A stretch of 64,000 bases of DNA from a bacterium (lineage in GTDB: Bacteria; UBA8248), in contig OZ241875.1 of the NCBI GenBank assembly GCA_965203325.1, positions 3,360,001 to 3,424,000 of the forward strand. Reading direction: 5' to 3'. The notes under the pieces are model-generated. The model was not told the origin of the DNA. It ran no database searches and saw only the letters and a list, made by a program, of their open reading frames with translations. Every line of letters begins with the position of its first letter. Position 1 is the stretch's first letter. Of the stretch, positions 1 to 9,100 are shown one piece after another. The translations under genes were made by a program, and so were the position numbers.

Positions 1-460
1 TCAGGAGTATGACTCTGGGTCGTCGGGCCTGACCGTCACGGCGGCGATCATCCTGCGGCCTCTGCCAAGCTGTTACGTCCAAGACGAGAACTGTCCCTGG
101 CTTCAGGGTGATCACCATCGTTCGATCCGTTCCGACGCGCCATGGGACGAGCCAAGCTTGTAACTTTTCCCCAGAGAATTGCTCACTTCCGGTGGTTCCT
201 GCAAGCAGTTGACCTGGTTTCCGTCCCGGGATTCGGGGAAGTGGCTGACGGTGACGCCCTTCCAGAATTGGGTACTGCTGCGGTAGTTCCCCGCACTCAG
301 CCACGATGACGGGCGGCCCTTTTCCATCAGTCGGAGACAGCCTTGTCCGGCAGTCGGGAGCGATTTTCTCCCACATTGCCGGGGCAACTCCGGCAGCTTC
401 ACGACTGAATTCTTGGTATGACTCACAGAGCCACATGGTTGTCCGTCTCAGGATTTCCAT
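1..460 (-). CDS. Partial CDS running off the left edge; probable McrC/DUF2357-like partner of the McrB GTPase (function inferred from position only)
   Basis: Hand translation from ATG at 460 (MEILRRTTMWLCESYQEFSREAAGVAPAMWEKIAPD...RRPRVILL) stays open to base 1. It starts 3 nt after the McrB-like stop on the same strand. No nuclease motif is visible in the part present. Confidence 0.55.
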   Translation of the reverse strand, partial: MEILRRTTMWLCESYQEFSREAAGVAPAMWEKIAPDCRTRLSPTDGKGPPVIVAECGELPQQYPILEGRHRQPLPRIPGRKPGQLLAGTTGSEQFSGEKLQAWLVPWRVGTDRTMVITLKPGTVLVLDVTAWQRPQDDRRRDGQARRPRVILL

Positions 461-463
461 CCA

Positions 464-2497
464 TTAGTATGTGTAGCCCGGCCAAGTGAAGATTTGAGAA
501 GCTTGAGAGGCAGTCGCGGCGTCCTGTAACGCTTCTGCAAAATCAGGGTCGCCCAAAGTGTCTTCGCTCAGTCGCCGCAGTCCATCGACGGTTTCCTGGC
601 AGTCGCTCATTTCAGACCCAGCGAGCTTCGGAAGAAGACGCATGTTGATTTGGTCAATCATGGGAATCCGCCAGTCCTGTCCAGGGTATCGTTGGATGTA
701 AGCCTTGATGCTCTGTGCAATTCGGTAACCAAACCCTCTTCCTGCGCTCTGCATCAATTTCGCGAGTTCTTCGAGTGTTTCGTCGACTTGTTGGGCTCCT
801 GCCACGACTGTCGTTTGACGATCAGACCATTCGAGCCAACGCTTGTAGGGGAGATAGCCTGCGGCTTCCTCAACGCCGTGTTCGGGCGCAGCGCTGTGTT
901 CGCGAAGCGTGCCCGGCTCGGGTGGTGCGAAGCGGATCGAGTTTGCTCGGTCCAGAACCTTGTCGGATAGCGCTTGGGTGGTCTCATCCTCGTTCAGCGT
1001 GCCGACCCAGAGGACATTGTGCGGCACATAGAGGTGTTTTGGGCGTTCGTTCTCGGCGTAAGGGAGATCGATCGCGATCTGTGCATCCTCGCGATCTTCC
1101 CAGTCTCCGTGTCCGTTTACCCGTGGCCCTCGCATTTCAAGCCTTGAAAGAAACTCGGAGAAATAGTACTCAGTTCGTGCGAGATTCATCTCATCAAGGA
1201 GGATAATGAGCATCCTCTCGTCCCAATCTCGGTCAGGTTCGATCCCAATGTCTTGCGCAAACTTCTTGTCAAAGCGCCCAAGTGCACGCGCCCGATCAGT
1301 GGGCCGATAGCGCTCTGCGACGAAGTCGTAAAAACCGAGGATATCCTGTGGTGAGTCCCAGCCCGGTTCCACAGGTACATGCAGGAAATGGATCCCGAAG
1401 AACCGGGCGTATGCTCTCGGAAGCTGGCTCTTGCCGGTGCCGCTCAGCCCGCTCAGCACGGTCAGGGGCGAGAGGTCATTCACTTTCAACGCCGTGTGGA
1501 AGGCGCGGATAATTTGCCCTGGATACCGTAGCCCCAAATCCTTCAAGGTGATCTCAAACTCGGTGAGCAGATCGTCTTCGGTCGTTTCTGCGCGCATTTC
1601 CTTATATCCAAGCAAAGAGTCCGGAGTGATCCGGAACGCGCTCAGCTTTTCTTCACTAGAGGCGTCTGTGTCACCATCCGGCATTTCTCCTCGTCTCGCC
1701 GCGAGCTCCGTAGTGGCGTGGTTTAAGGCCTCATTGGTCTCAGCGAGGCGTTTCTGGCGTCCGGTCAACTCTTTGTTCAGGTCCTCCATCTGGTCCTTGA
1801 GTTGATTCACTTCCCCAAGAAGACGTTCATTTTGTGGTTTCAAGGTATCTGTCTGCTCTTGTTTTATTCGCTCAAGCAACTCCTGAGCCTCTTTGGTTTC
1901 GTCATTGAGACGCTCTCTCTTGCTCTCGAGCCTCCCTGCCTCATCTTCGGCCTGCGAACGCCGAGCGTCGGCTACGGCGTATTCTTTCTGAGCATCCTCG
2001 GTCGCCTGTCTCAGCTTGTCGTAGGCTTCCATCCTTTCGGCAAGCAGTTCTTTCCAGGCGCTTTCGCTTCCTGTCATCTCGGGCGGATAGGGATCGAGTG
2101 CTGCTTGAATCTCTCGAAGTCGCTGACCGGCCTCGGCTCGTCGGAGTTCAAGTTCGTCGATACGTTTCGATTCCTCTCTTTCGAACTCCTCCAGTTCTTG
2201 GCGCATCGCTTCGAGATTCTCATGATCGCGCCGAACTGCTTCCCAACGGTCTAGAGCATCTTGGGCTCGGAGCCCGTCTTTGAGGATCGCCTCCCGCTTC
2301 GCGCGCAACTCTTCAATCTCAGCTAACTCGTTGGCTCTTGCTTGTCTGAGCGCTTCAATCGATTGCTCCTCGGTTCCGCGGCTTTTCAGCCCATATAGTT
2401 GTCCTATAAGGAACATGACAACGAGCAATGCGAACATGGCTCCGAAGAGCATAAACTCGACAGCATTCCCATCGAGGCTGAGGCCGCCAACCGTCAT
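464..2497 (-). CDS. mcrB: McrB-family AAA+ GTPase with N-terminal transmembrane helix and long coiled coil
   Basis: Hydrophobic N-terminus (FMLFGAMFALLVVMFLIG), ~230 aa E/K/R/L heptad-rich region, Walker A GLSGTGKS, Walker B IILLDEMNLAR, McrB signature GTLNEDETT, and LSDKVLDRAN. Confidence 0.9.
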   Translation of the reverse strand: MTVGGLSLDGNAVEFMLFGAMFALLVVMFLIGQLYGLKSRGTEEQSIEALRQARANELAEIEELRAKREAILKDGLRAQDALDRWEAVRRDHENLEAMRQELEEFEREESKRIDELELRRAEAGQRLREIQAALDPYPPEMTGSESAWKELLAERMEAYDKLRQATEDAQKEYAVADARRSQAEDEAGRLESKRERLNDETKEAQELLERIKQEQTDTLKPQNERLLGEVNQLKDQMEDLNKELTGRQKRLAETNEALNHATTELAARRGEMPDGDTDASSEEKLSAFRITPDSLLGYKEMRAETTEDDLLTEFEITLKDLGLRYPGQIIRAFHTALKVNDLSPLTVLSGLSGTGKSQLPRAYARFFGIHFLHVPVEPGWDSPQDILGFYDFVAERYRPTDRARALGRFDKKFAQDIGIEPDRDWDERMLIILLDEMNLARTEYYFSEFLSRLEMRGPRVNGHGDWEDREDAQIAIDLPYAENERPKHLYVPHNVLWVGTLNEDETTQALSDKVLDRANSIRFAPPEPGTLREHSAAPEHGVEEAAGYLPYKRWLEWSDRQTTVVAGAQQVDETLEELAKLMQSAGRGFGYRIAQSIKAYIQRYPGQDWRIPMIDQINMRLLPKLAGSEMSDCQETVDGLRRLSEDTLGDPDFAEALQDAATASQASQIFTWPGYTY

Positions 2498-3471
2498 CGC
2501 GAGGTCTCCGTTCCTTCGTTGGTTCGTTGTGCGTCATTCAGTTCATCAATCATGGCGCGTATCCGCTGGCGGGCCTTTGCTTCCAGGCCAATGAGATCTT
2601 GGAGCCGGGCAGAAGCCGCTTCTTCTCGGGTTTTCACGGTTGTCAACTTGGCCTCCGCCCTGATCAGCTCGTCCCTGGTTCGGTCGCGTTTCTCCTGGAC
2701 CGTTGCTAGTGTAGTGCGTATGGTTTGGATCTCGCCTTGGAGGTTCGCAAGCCGTGTGGTTTGGCGCTGGTTTCCTCTCTTGAGTTCGTCCTTCTCTTCT
2801 TTCAACCGTGCGATCTCATTGCGGATTCCCTGCGCCTCCGCAGTCAATCCCTTGAGTTCTGCTCGTATCGATTCCAGCAGCCGACCTGTGCTGGCGGCAT
2901 CGGACTCGTCCTGCAACAACTTTTGCTTTTGCGCGGCGTGTGCGCCTTTGGTCTGTGCCAGATTCTGCAATACTACGCTCAACTCCTTTCGCACCTCGTC
3001 TCGGCGCTTCCGTTCCGCCTCGGATCGCTTTGACAGATCATTGATTTCATCTTTGTAACTCTTGATTGACCCGGTGAGTTGATCTCCCCTTGTTTTCAGC
3101 ATGCCTATATCCGAGTTGAGGGCTGCCACTTCTTTCGCCAGGCGGTCGCGCGCACCGCGTGTTCTTGTTTCTTCTGCTTGTAGGTTTGGCAGTTTCTTGG
3201 CGATGGTGCTGGCTCGTTCGGCTTTCATCTCTAGATCCGCGAGTTCCGCCTTCCGCTCCGCTATCTTTGCGATCAGTGAATTACGTTCTTGCCGTAAGCC
3301 CGGCAGGCGGGCGGCGATATCAGCAGCCTCTCTCCGGTTCTCGGGCAAAGTCAGAATTTCCTCTCCAATCGCCACGCACGCCAGTGCAAGTATCACCGTA
3401 ACGACCGCCAGAAGCCCGATTGTGAGTCCAACGGTGCGGCGTTGGCGCTTGGCTGTATCCGATGTTGTCAT
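2494..3471 (-). CDS. Membrane-anchored coiled-coil protein
   Basis: ATG at 3471 (MTTSDTAK) with ATGA overlaps to both neighbours. One TM segment (VGLTIGLLAVVTVILALACVAIG) is followed by ~270 aa of continuous coiled coil. Confidence 0.8.
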   Translation of the reverse strand: MTTSDTAKRQRRTVGLTIGLLAVVTVILALACVAIGEEILTLPENRREAADIAARLPGLRQERNSLIAKIAERKAELADLEMKAERASTIAKKLPNLQAEETRTRGARDRLAKEVAALNSDIGMLKTRGDQLTGSIKSYKDEINDLSKRSEAERKRRDEVRKELSVVLQNLAQTKGAHAAQKQKLLQDESDAASTGRLLESIRAELKGLTAEAQGIRNEIARLKEEKDELKRGNQRQTTRLANLQGEIQTIRTTLATVQEKRDRTRDELIRAEAKLTTVKTREEAASARLQDLIGLEAKARQRIRAMIDELNDAQRTNEGTETSR

Positions 3472-4460
3472 GCGTTCTCCTCCGTCGTGCGATCGCGACC
3501 GGCAAGCGGCACCGCTGACGCAGCTTCCTCGGCGATGTGTTTGATGCATTCCATTTCATCTCGTTCAATCTCGTCGGTCCAGAGCCGTATCGGTCGCCAG
3601 CCAAGTCGTTTAAGCACTCGATCCCGACGTTCGTCTTCAGGCCGGCGGCGGTTCGGCAGCTCTTCGTGCCAGTGGCGTCCGTCAACTTCAACGTCTAGCC
3701 TTACGGGCAGTCCGCTGGCGTTGCCGATTACGGCGAAATCAAGGAAGTAATGGGATACCGGGTGTTGCGGAATGGGATCCAGTCCCGCGGCAGTGAGCGT
3801 CTCGCCGAAGCGACGTTCGATTTTTGATCTGCGTGGGAGCGGCCTGAACAAAGGATCGTGATAGAACTGCCAGCGCTGTCGCGCCACTCGGTGGAGGTCA
3901 TCCTCGGCACTTGAGGCAGCGCAGAGTGCTGCAATGAGGTGGACTGTCAGGCCGCGATTTCTCGCTGCCTCGAGCATGCGGCGAAACGGCGGACAAGGGG
4001 CTGGACGTTCGACCCAGTCTCGTCGCGCAATGAGCAGGTCTGGACGTTCGTAGGCACTTTCGATATATGTGACCATCTCCTCAGCCGTCGTCTCGTCTGC
4101 CAGGATGATGCGAAGCTGCCCCGCCTCGCGCCTTACAATCTGGATTTCGTTCTCTGCGGTCTGCGCTGTCAGTCCCGCCTCGGTAAAAGTCCAGCCGATC
4201 ACTGGCGTGTTCGTCTGCAACAGTCGCCATCGGTTCAAGCCATTGAGGGTTAACTCCCCTCGGACGAGGGCCTTTCGGATTGTCTCAAGATGGGTTTGGC
4301 CGAATTGTCTTGGCCGATATGTTCTCAGCCTTCCTCCCAATGGGCGCCGGAGATACCGGCTATGCTGTGCTGGTCCAAGGTAAATCGGTTGGGTCACAGT
4401 CGGTGCTTCCCTTGGTGTGGTTTCACCCCACCTGTAGAGTGTTGCATGCCGTAGCGACAA
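3468..4460 (-). CDS. Protein with C-terminal Vsr/DUF559 (MTES_1575-like) PD-(D/E)xK endonuclease domain and unknown N-terminal domain
   Basis: C-terminal YFLDFAV...LDVEVDGRHWH...DERRDRVLKRLGWRPIRLW is the DUF559/Vsr-like pattern. TTG start is uncertain. Confidence 0.8.
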   Translation of the reverse strand: MSLRHATLYRWGETTPREAPTVTQPIYLGPAQHSRYLRRPLGGRLRTYRPRQFGQTHLETIRKALVRGELTLNGLNRWRLLQTNTPVIGWTFTEAGLTAQTAENEIQIVRREAGQLRIILADETTAEEMVTYIESAYERPDLLIARRDWVERPAPCPPFRRMLEAARNRGLTVHLIAALCAASSAEDDLHRVARQRWQFYHDPLFRPLPRRSKIERRFGETLTAAGLDPIPQHPVSHYFLDFAVIGNASGLPVRLDVEVDGRHWHEELPNRRRPEDERRDRVLKRLGWRPIRLWTDEIERDEMECIKHIAEEAASAVPLAGRDRTTEENA

Positions 4461-4792
4461 TGGTGCAGTTCGTGAAGCTTTGTTGGTCCCTGTGAAAGGA
4501 AAGCTTGTCCGCCTCGGCTACTGCCGGTTATAAGTCTTGCAGCACTTATTGCAATTCATTTTCCGTGTTCCAGGGTCGCCGGTGAACGGTATTTCCGTTA
4601 CCCGCACACTCAAGGCTCCTGTCGGGACAGGGTTCCTTGCGCTTCCTCATGCCCGTTGCACACAATTGCCGGATTCATCCTTATTCTACAAAATTCGTCT
4701 GTCTTTTGCGTATTTTTTGTCTTTGGTTTCATGCATTTATAGCACATTTATATATTTTTCGCCTTGGCATCCGGTCACGGGAGGCAGGTGAT

Positions 4793-4990
4793 ATGAAGGA
4801 AAGCAGCGAGGCGGGACACATCTCGCGGCCGTGTGCGGCGCTTGCGCTGATCACCGCGAGCCCCGACCCAGAGACCGTGCTACGTGAGGTGGTGGAAGGC
4901 ACCCGCGCGCTCACTAGCGCGGGCGACGGCGTGATCCCCACGGTGGACGAATCGGGAGGGCCGCGGTAGTTCGTCATCGAATACCTCGAC
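4793..4990 (+). pseudogene. Truncated N-terminal fragment of a GAF-domain sensor/regulator
   Basis: RBS GGGAGG, then MKESSEAGHISRPCAALALITASPDPETVLREVVEGTRALTSAGDGVIPTVDESGGPR*FV. This resembles the GAF start 'SLDLETVLREVVESARALTGARYGVI.TVDE.G.P..FV', with an in-frame TAG at 4967-4969 and no continuation. Confidence 0.6.
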
Positions 4991-5252
4991 AGGGGTGCTT
5001 CGCACTGCGCGGGAGTTGTAACTTACCCGCTTTCGGCTTGTTTACGGATTGCGGAAGGCGAATTCTGAAAGAGACCTCCATATACCAATACTGACAATGC
5101 TTTCAACAAACTACAAAGATTCCCCGTCCGCTGAACCCCCCCCACCCCCTGAAAACACGCGGGAGAGCGGGATGCGCGCCCCCTCCCGCCGGGCGTCCGG
5201 GCGTCAATACGGGCAGCGCCAGGCAGCCGTGCAATGCGGGAGACCGCGCCGG

Positions 5253-6131
5253 CTACCTGCGCTTCGCGCCGAACGCGCCGACGTACGCCCCGGTGTCGAA
5301 GGCGCCGAAGGCCTCCTCGTGGCCGGGGCCGTGGAAGCGGCCGGACAGGCGGTCCGTGCCGGGCGCGCCTTTCGCGAAGGCGCCGCCGGAGAGCCGCATG
5401 CCGCGCCATTCGAGCGCCACGCCGGCGCCGCCGTCGTCGAGGTCGACGTCCACGTCGACCAGGGGCCGCGCGAGGTCCGCGATCCGCAGCTCGGCGGTGC
5501 CGGGGAGGCGCGCGAAGTCGCGGGTCCGCGCCGCCTCGGCGATGCCGCTCCAGGTCGCGCCGCCCGTACCCGCCGGGTTCGTCCCCGACGGCTCGCCCGC
5601 CGCCCAGGCGTGCGCCGCACGGAACGTGCCGGTCCAGGTCCGCCCGCCGGCCGAGGCCGACAGGTCGCCCGTCCCGATCTCCACCGCCGCGTAGCCGTGC
5701 ACGCCCCAGAAGCCGTGGCGCGTGAACTCCGCCCCGGTGACCGTCGCCGACGCCCCGGCGAAGGCCCGCGTGAGCGGGGGCCCGCCCGTCGCGCCGCTCG
5801 CCGTGGCGAACCCGGCCCGCATGCCCGTGCCCGCGCGGCCCGCGAGCGCCCGCAGGTCCTCCGCCGGGCAGCCGGCGCCGGGGCAGCCGAGCGGCGTCGA
5901 CCCGGTCTCCCCGATCGGCTCTTCTCCCGCGCGCGTGAGTTCATAATCGAAATAAAGCCCCGAGACGAGCGGCGCGGCGGGTTCGCCGGCCGCGGGCGGC
6001 GGCTGTGTGTCGGGAGGCCGTGTTTCGGGAGGCCGTGTGGACGGCGGCGCCGACGTGTTCCCGCCACCGCAGGCGGCGAGGGTCAGCGCGCACGCGAGCG
6101 CGGCGGCGCAACAAAGTATCCGGTGTGTCAT
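5253..6131 (-). CDS. Surface lipoprotein with TbpB/HupA-like C-terminal beta-barrel
   Basis: AAGGAG RBS and ATG at 6131, lipobox LAAC, Pro-rich linker, and C-terminal GRFHGPGHEEAFGAFDTGAYVGAFGAKR typical of transferrin-binding-protein-like barrels. Confidence 0.8.
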   Translation of the reverse strand: MTHRILCCAAALACALTLAACGGGNTSAPPSTRPPETRPPDTQPPPAAGEPAAPLVSGLYFDYELTRAGEEPIGETGSTPLGCPGAGCPAEDLRALAGRAGTGMRAGFATASGATGGPPLTRAFAGASATVTGAEFTRHGFWGVHGYAAVEIGTGDLSASAGGRTWTGTFRAAHAWAAGEPSGTNPAGTGGATWSGIAEAARTRDFARLPGTAELRIADLARPLVDVDVDLDDGGAGVALEWRGMRLSGGAFAKGAPGTDRLSGRFHGPGHEEAFGAFDTGAYVGAFGAKRR

Positions 6132-6183
6132 GAGAGTCGTTCTCCTTTCAGATCGGAGGCATGTCCGCATCGGCGCATCCCCC

Positions 6184-9100
6184 TCAGAACCGCAGGCTGA
6201 GGTCGAGCCCCAGTTCGTGCTCGGGCTCGGACACGGCGCTCTCGCGCCGCTCGCCCGCCAGTTCCACGCGAAGGTCCGCGCCCCGCGCCTCGTACCGCGC
6301 ACCGAGCCTGAGGCGCCGGCTCTCCCCGCCGGCGAGGCCGGCTTCCGCGAACGGCGTCAGCACCCCGCCCGACGCCGTCCCGAACCCGTAGCCGACCTGC
6401 GCGTCGAGCGCGCCGTCGTCGCCCGAAGCCGCCGGGTTCGGCATCTCCTCCGCCCACAGCGCCCGCGCGCCGCCCGTTCCCGCGCCCCAGCGGGGCGCGA
6501 GCGCGAAGAACAGGCCGCGGCCGCCGGCGCCCGGACCGGCGCGCACCGTCAGGCTCACGCCCCGCTCCTCCGCACCCTCCTCGCTGTGCGCCGCGAGCCA
6601 GCGCCCGCGCATCTCCACCGATATCCCGGGCGCCGCGTAGCGCACGCCGCCGGCGAGCTCGAACCCGCTGCCCTCGAGCCCGTCGCCGCCGTCGTGGCGC
6701 ACCGCCGCCTCCAGGAAGGGCTCCAGGCTGCTCTCGCCCGCCAGCGCGAAGCGCCGCGAGGCCTCGAGCCCCGCCCGCAGCCGCCAGCTGTCGGCGGAGA
6801 GCCCGTGGATCGCGTCCGGGCCGTCATCGGTCTCCATCTGCGTGACGCTCGCGTCGGCGCGCACCGCCAGCGCCGCGCCGGCGAGTCCGCCGAGCGCACG
6901 CCTGACCCCCACCGACGCCATCCGCATCGTGAGGTCGCCGGTCTCCGCGTCCGCGTCCCCGGGCTCATGGCGCGCCTCGCCCCAGCCCGCGCCCGCCACC
7001 GCGCGCAGCTCCAGGCCGTCCGCGAGCGTCCAGCGCCCGTAGGGATAGACCGCCGTCAGCGTCGTCTCAAGCCGGCCCCGGCCGGTGAGCGCGCCCCCGG
7101 CGAAGGAATAATCCGCCTCGCCCGTCCCGCGGCTCACCGCGAGGCCCGCCACCCACGGGTCCGAGCGCCCGTCCACGCCCAGCCAGCCCGTGCGCAGCTT
7201 CCCGTCGTAGCGGAGCCCCGTCTCGCCGCCTCCCGCGAACGTCCCGAGATCCCCCCGGCCCCACACCGCCCACTGCGGCCCCGCCGGGCCGGCGTCCTCC
7301 GCCGAGGCGAGACGCACCGAGAAGGCGCTCGCGCCGAACAGGTCGGACGCCGCAAGCGCCCGGCTCTCCGTGCAGCCCAAAGCCGGCACAAGGCCGGCGG
7401 CGGCGTACCGCTCCGGCGCGCAATCGCGCAGCGCGTAGGCCGCGGCGGAACCATCGAGCGACACCGCCTGCCCGGCCAGCGTCACGCCGCTCGCGCCGAT
7501 GTCGGCGAACCTGCCCCCGATGTTGTCCAGCGCGCTCGCCGTCGCCCTTCTCGCCACCGCCGCCAGCGCGCGCCTCACAGCGCCCTCAACCGCCGCGCGC
7601 CGCGGGTCCGCCGCCACCGCGACCACGAAGGTGAGCGCCGCCTCGTCGCCGTCCGCGTCCCGCACCGTCCAGGTGTAGCGCCGCGACCCCTGCGACCGCG
7701 ACGGCGTTCCGGTCAGCCTCCGCGTGGCCCCGTCTAAGCTCAGCCCCGGGGGCGGGGAAGGCGCCAGGCGGTAGGTCAGCGTCCCGTCGCCGCCCGTCGC
7801 CGCCGGAAGCGCCAGCGCCGCGATCGCCGTGCCCGCCGTCCATGACTGGTCCGCGACCGCCGCGTCGCCGAACGACGGCATCAGGTTCTCCTCCACCTCG
7901 ACCGTGAAGGTGAGCGCCGCTTCGTCCCCGTCCGCGTCCCGTACCGTCCAGGTGTAGCGCACCGGCCCCTGCGGGGTGTCCGGCGTGCCGCTCAGCGTGC
8001 GCGCGCCCAGGTCCAGCGCCAGGCCCGAAGGCGGCTCGGGCGTCAGGCGGTAGGTCAGCGTCCCGTCGCCGCCCCTCGCCGCCGGAAGCGTCAGCGCCGT
8101 GATCGCCGTGTTCTGCTTGTACGACTGCGCGGCGACCGCCGCGGACCCGAAGCTCGGCGTCAGGTCCGGCGCGCCGCCACCGCCTCCGCCCCCGCCTACA
8201 TTGCCGCCACCTCCGCCTACATTGCCGCCCCCGCCGCCGCGGTCGTCGTCCCGGATCGTAATCTGCACAGAACGCGGGCTGCCCGCCGTCACCTCAGACG
8301 GCAGCGTCCCCAGCGCCACCGTGAACGTCTCGTCGTCGGTGTCGCTGTCCTGCGCCGTGGTGATGGTCCCCGTTCCGTTGGTCGCGCCCGAGGCGATCGT
8401 GATGCCCGTCAGCGTCCCGTGGTCCTCGGGCTCGGCCGTGCCGTCGGTGATCGTCAGCGGTATCGTCACGCTGTTCGACAGCGCCGCCGACAGCGTCGCC
8501 GTCACGGTCACGCTCGATCCCTCCGCCACCGTCGGCGAGGCCGACAGCGTCACCGTGGGCGTGGTCGTGTCCAGCGTCGCCACGGCCCCCTCGGTCGTGC
8601 CCGTCGCGTGCGCCCAGAAGCCCTTGCCGCTCGCGTTCTCCGCGCGCACCCGCACCCGGTAGGTCGTGCCGTCGTCGAGGCCCGTGATCGCCTGCGAGGC
8701 CGCCGTGCCGCTGCGGCTCACCGCCACCCATTCCGTCGCCACGTTCGTGCCCACGGCCGCGCCGGCGGCGACCGTGTTCGATGCGGTATAGTGCACGTCG
8801 TAGCCCGTCAGCGTCCCCGAGGGCGCCGTCCAGGCGAGGTCCAGCCTGCCGTCGCCGGGCGTCACCGTCAGGCCCGCCGGCGCGGCCGGCGCGTTCTGCG
8901 CATGCCGCGTGACGGTGACCGTCCAGGTCGTGTTGGCCCCCTGCCCCAGCGTCGACGACGCCACCACCTCGATGGCGTTCGCGCCGGCGTCCAGCGCGAT
9001 CGCCCCGCTCGTGTCGCCGCTTGTCAGCGACACCGCGGCGGCGCCCCGCTTGCCCACCGACAGCACGTACCCCCCCAGCACGCCGACCGTCGGCCTCGCC

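Noticed and set aside
112..426. 104-aa ORF in the track
   Set aside because: A different minus-strand frame starting at ATG 460 is open to the window edge and is coupled to the McrB stop, so this ORF is likely a shadow.
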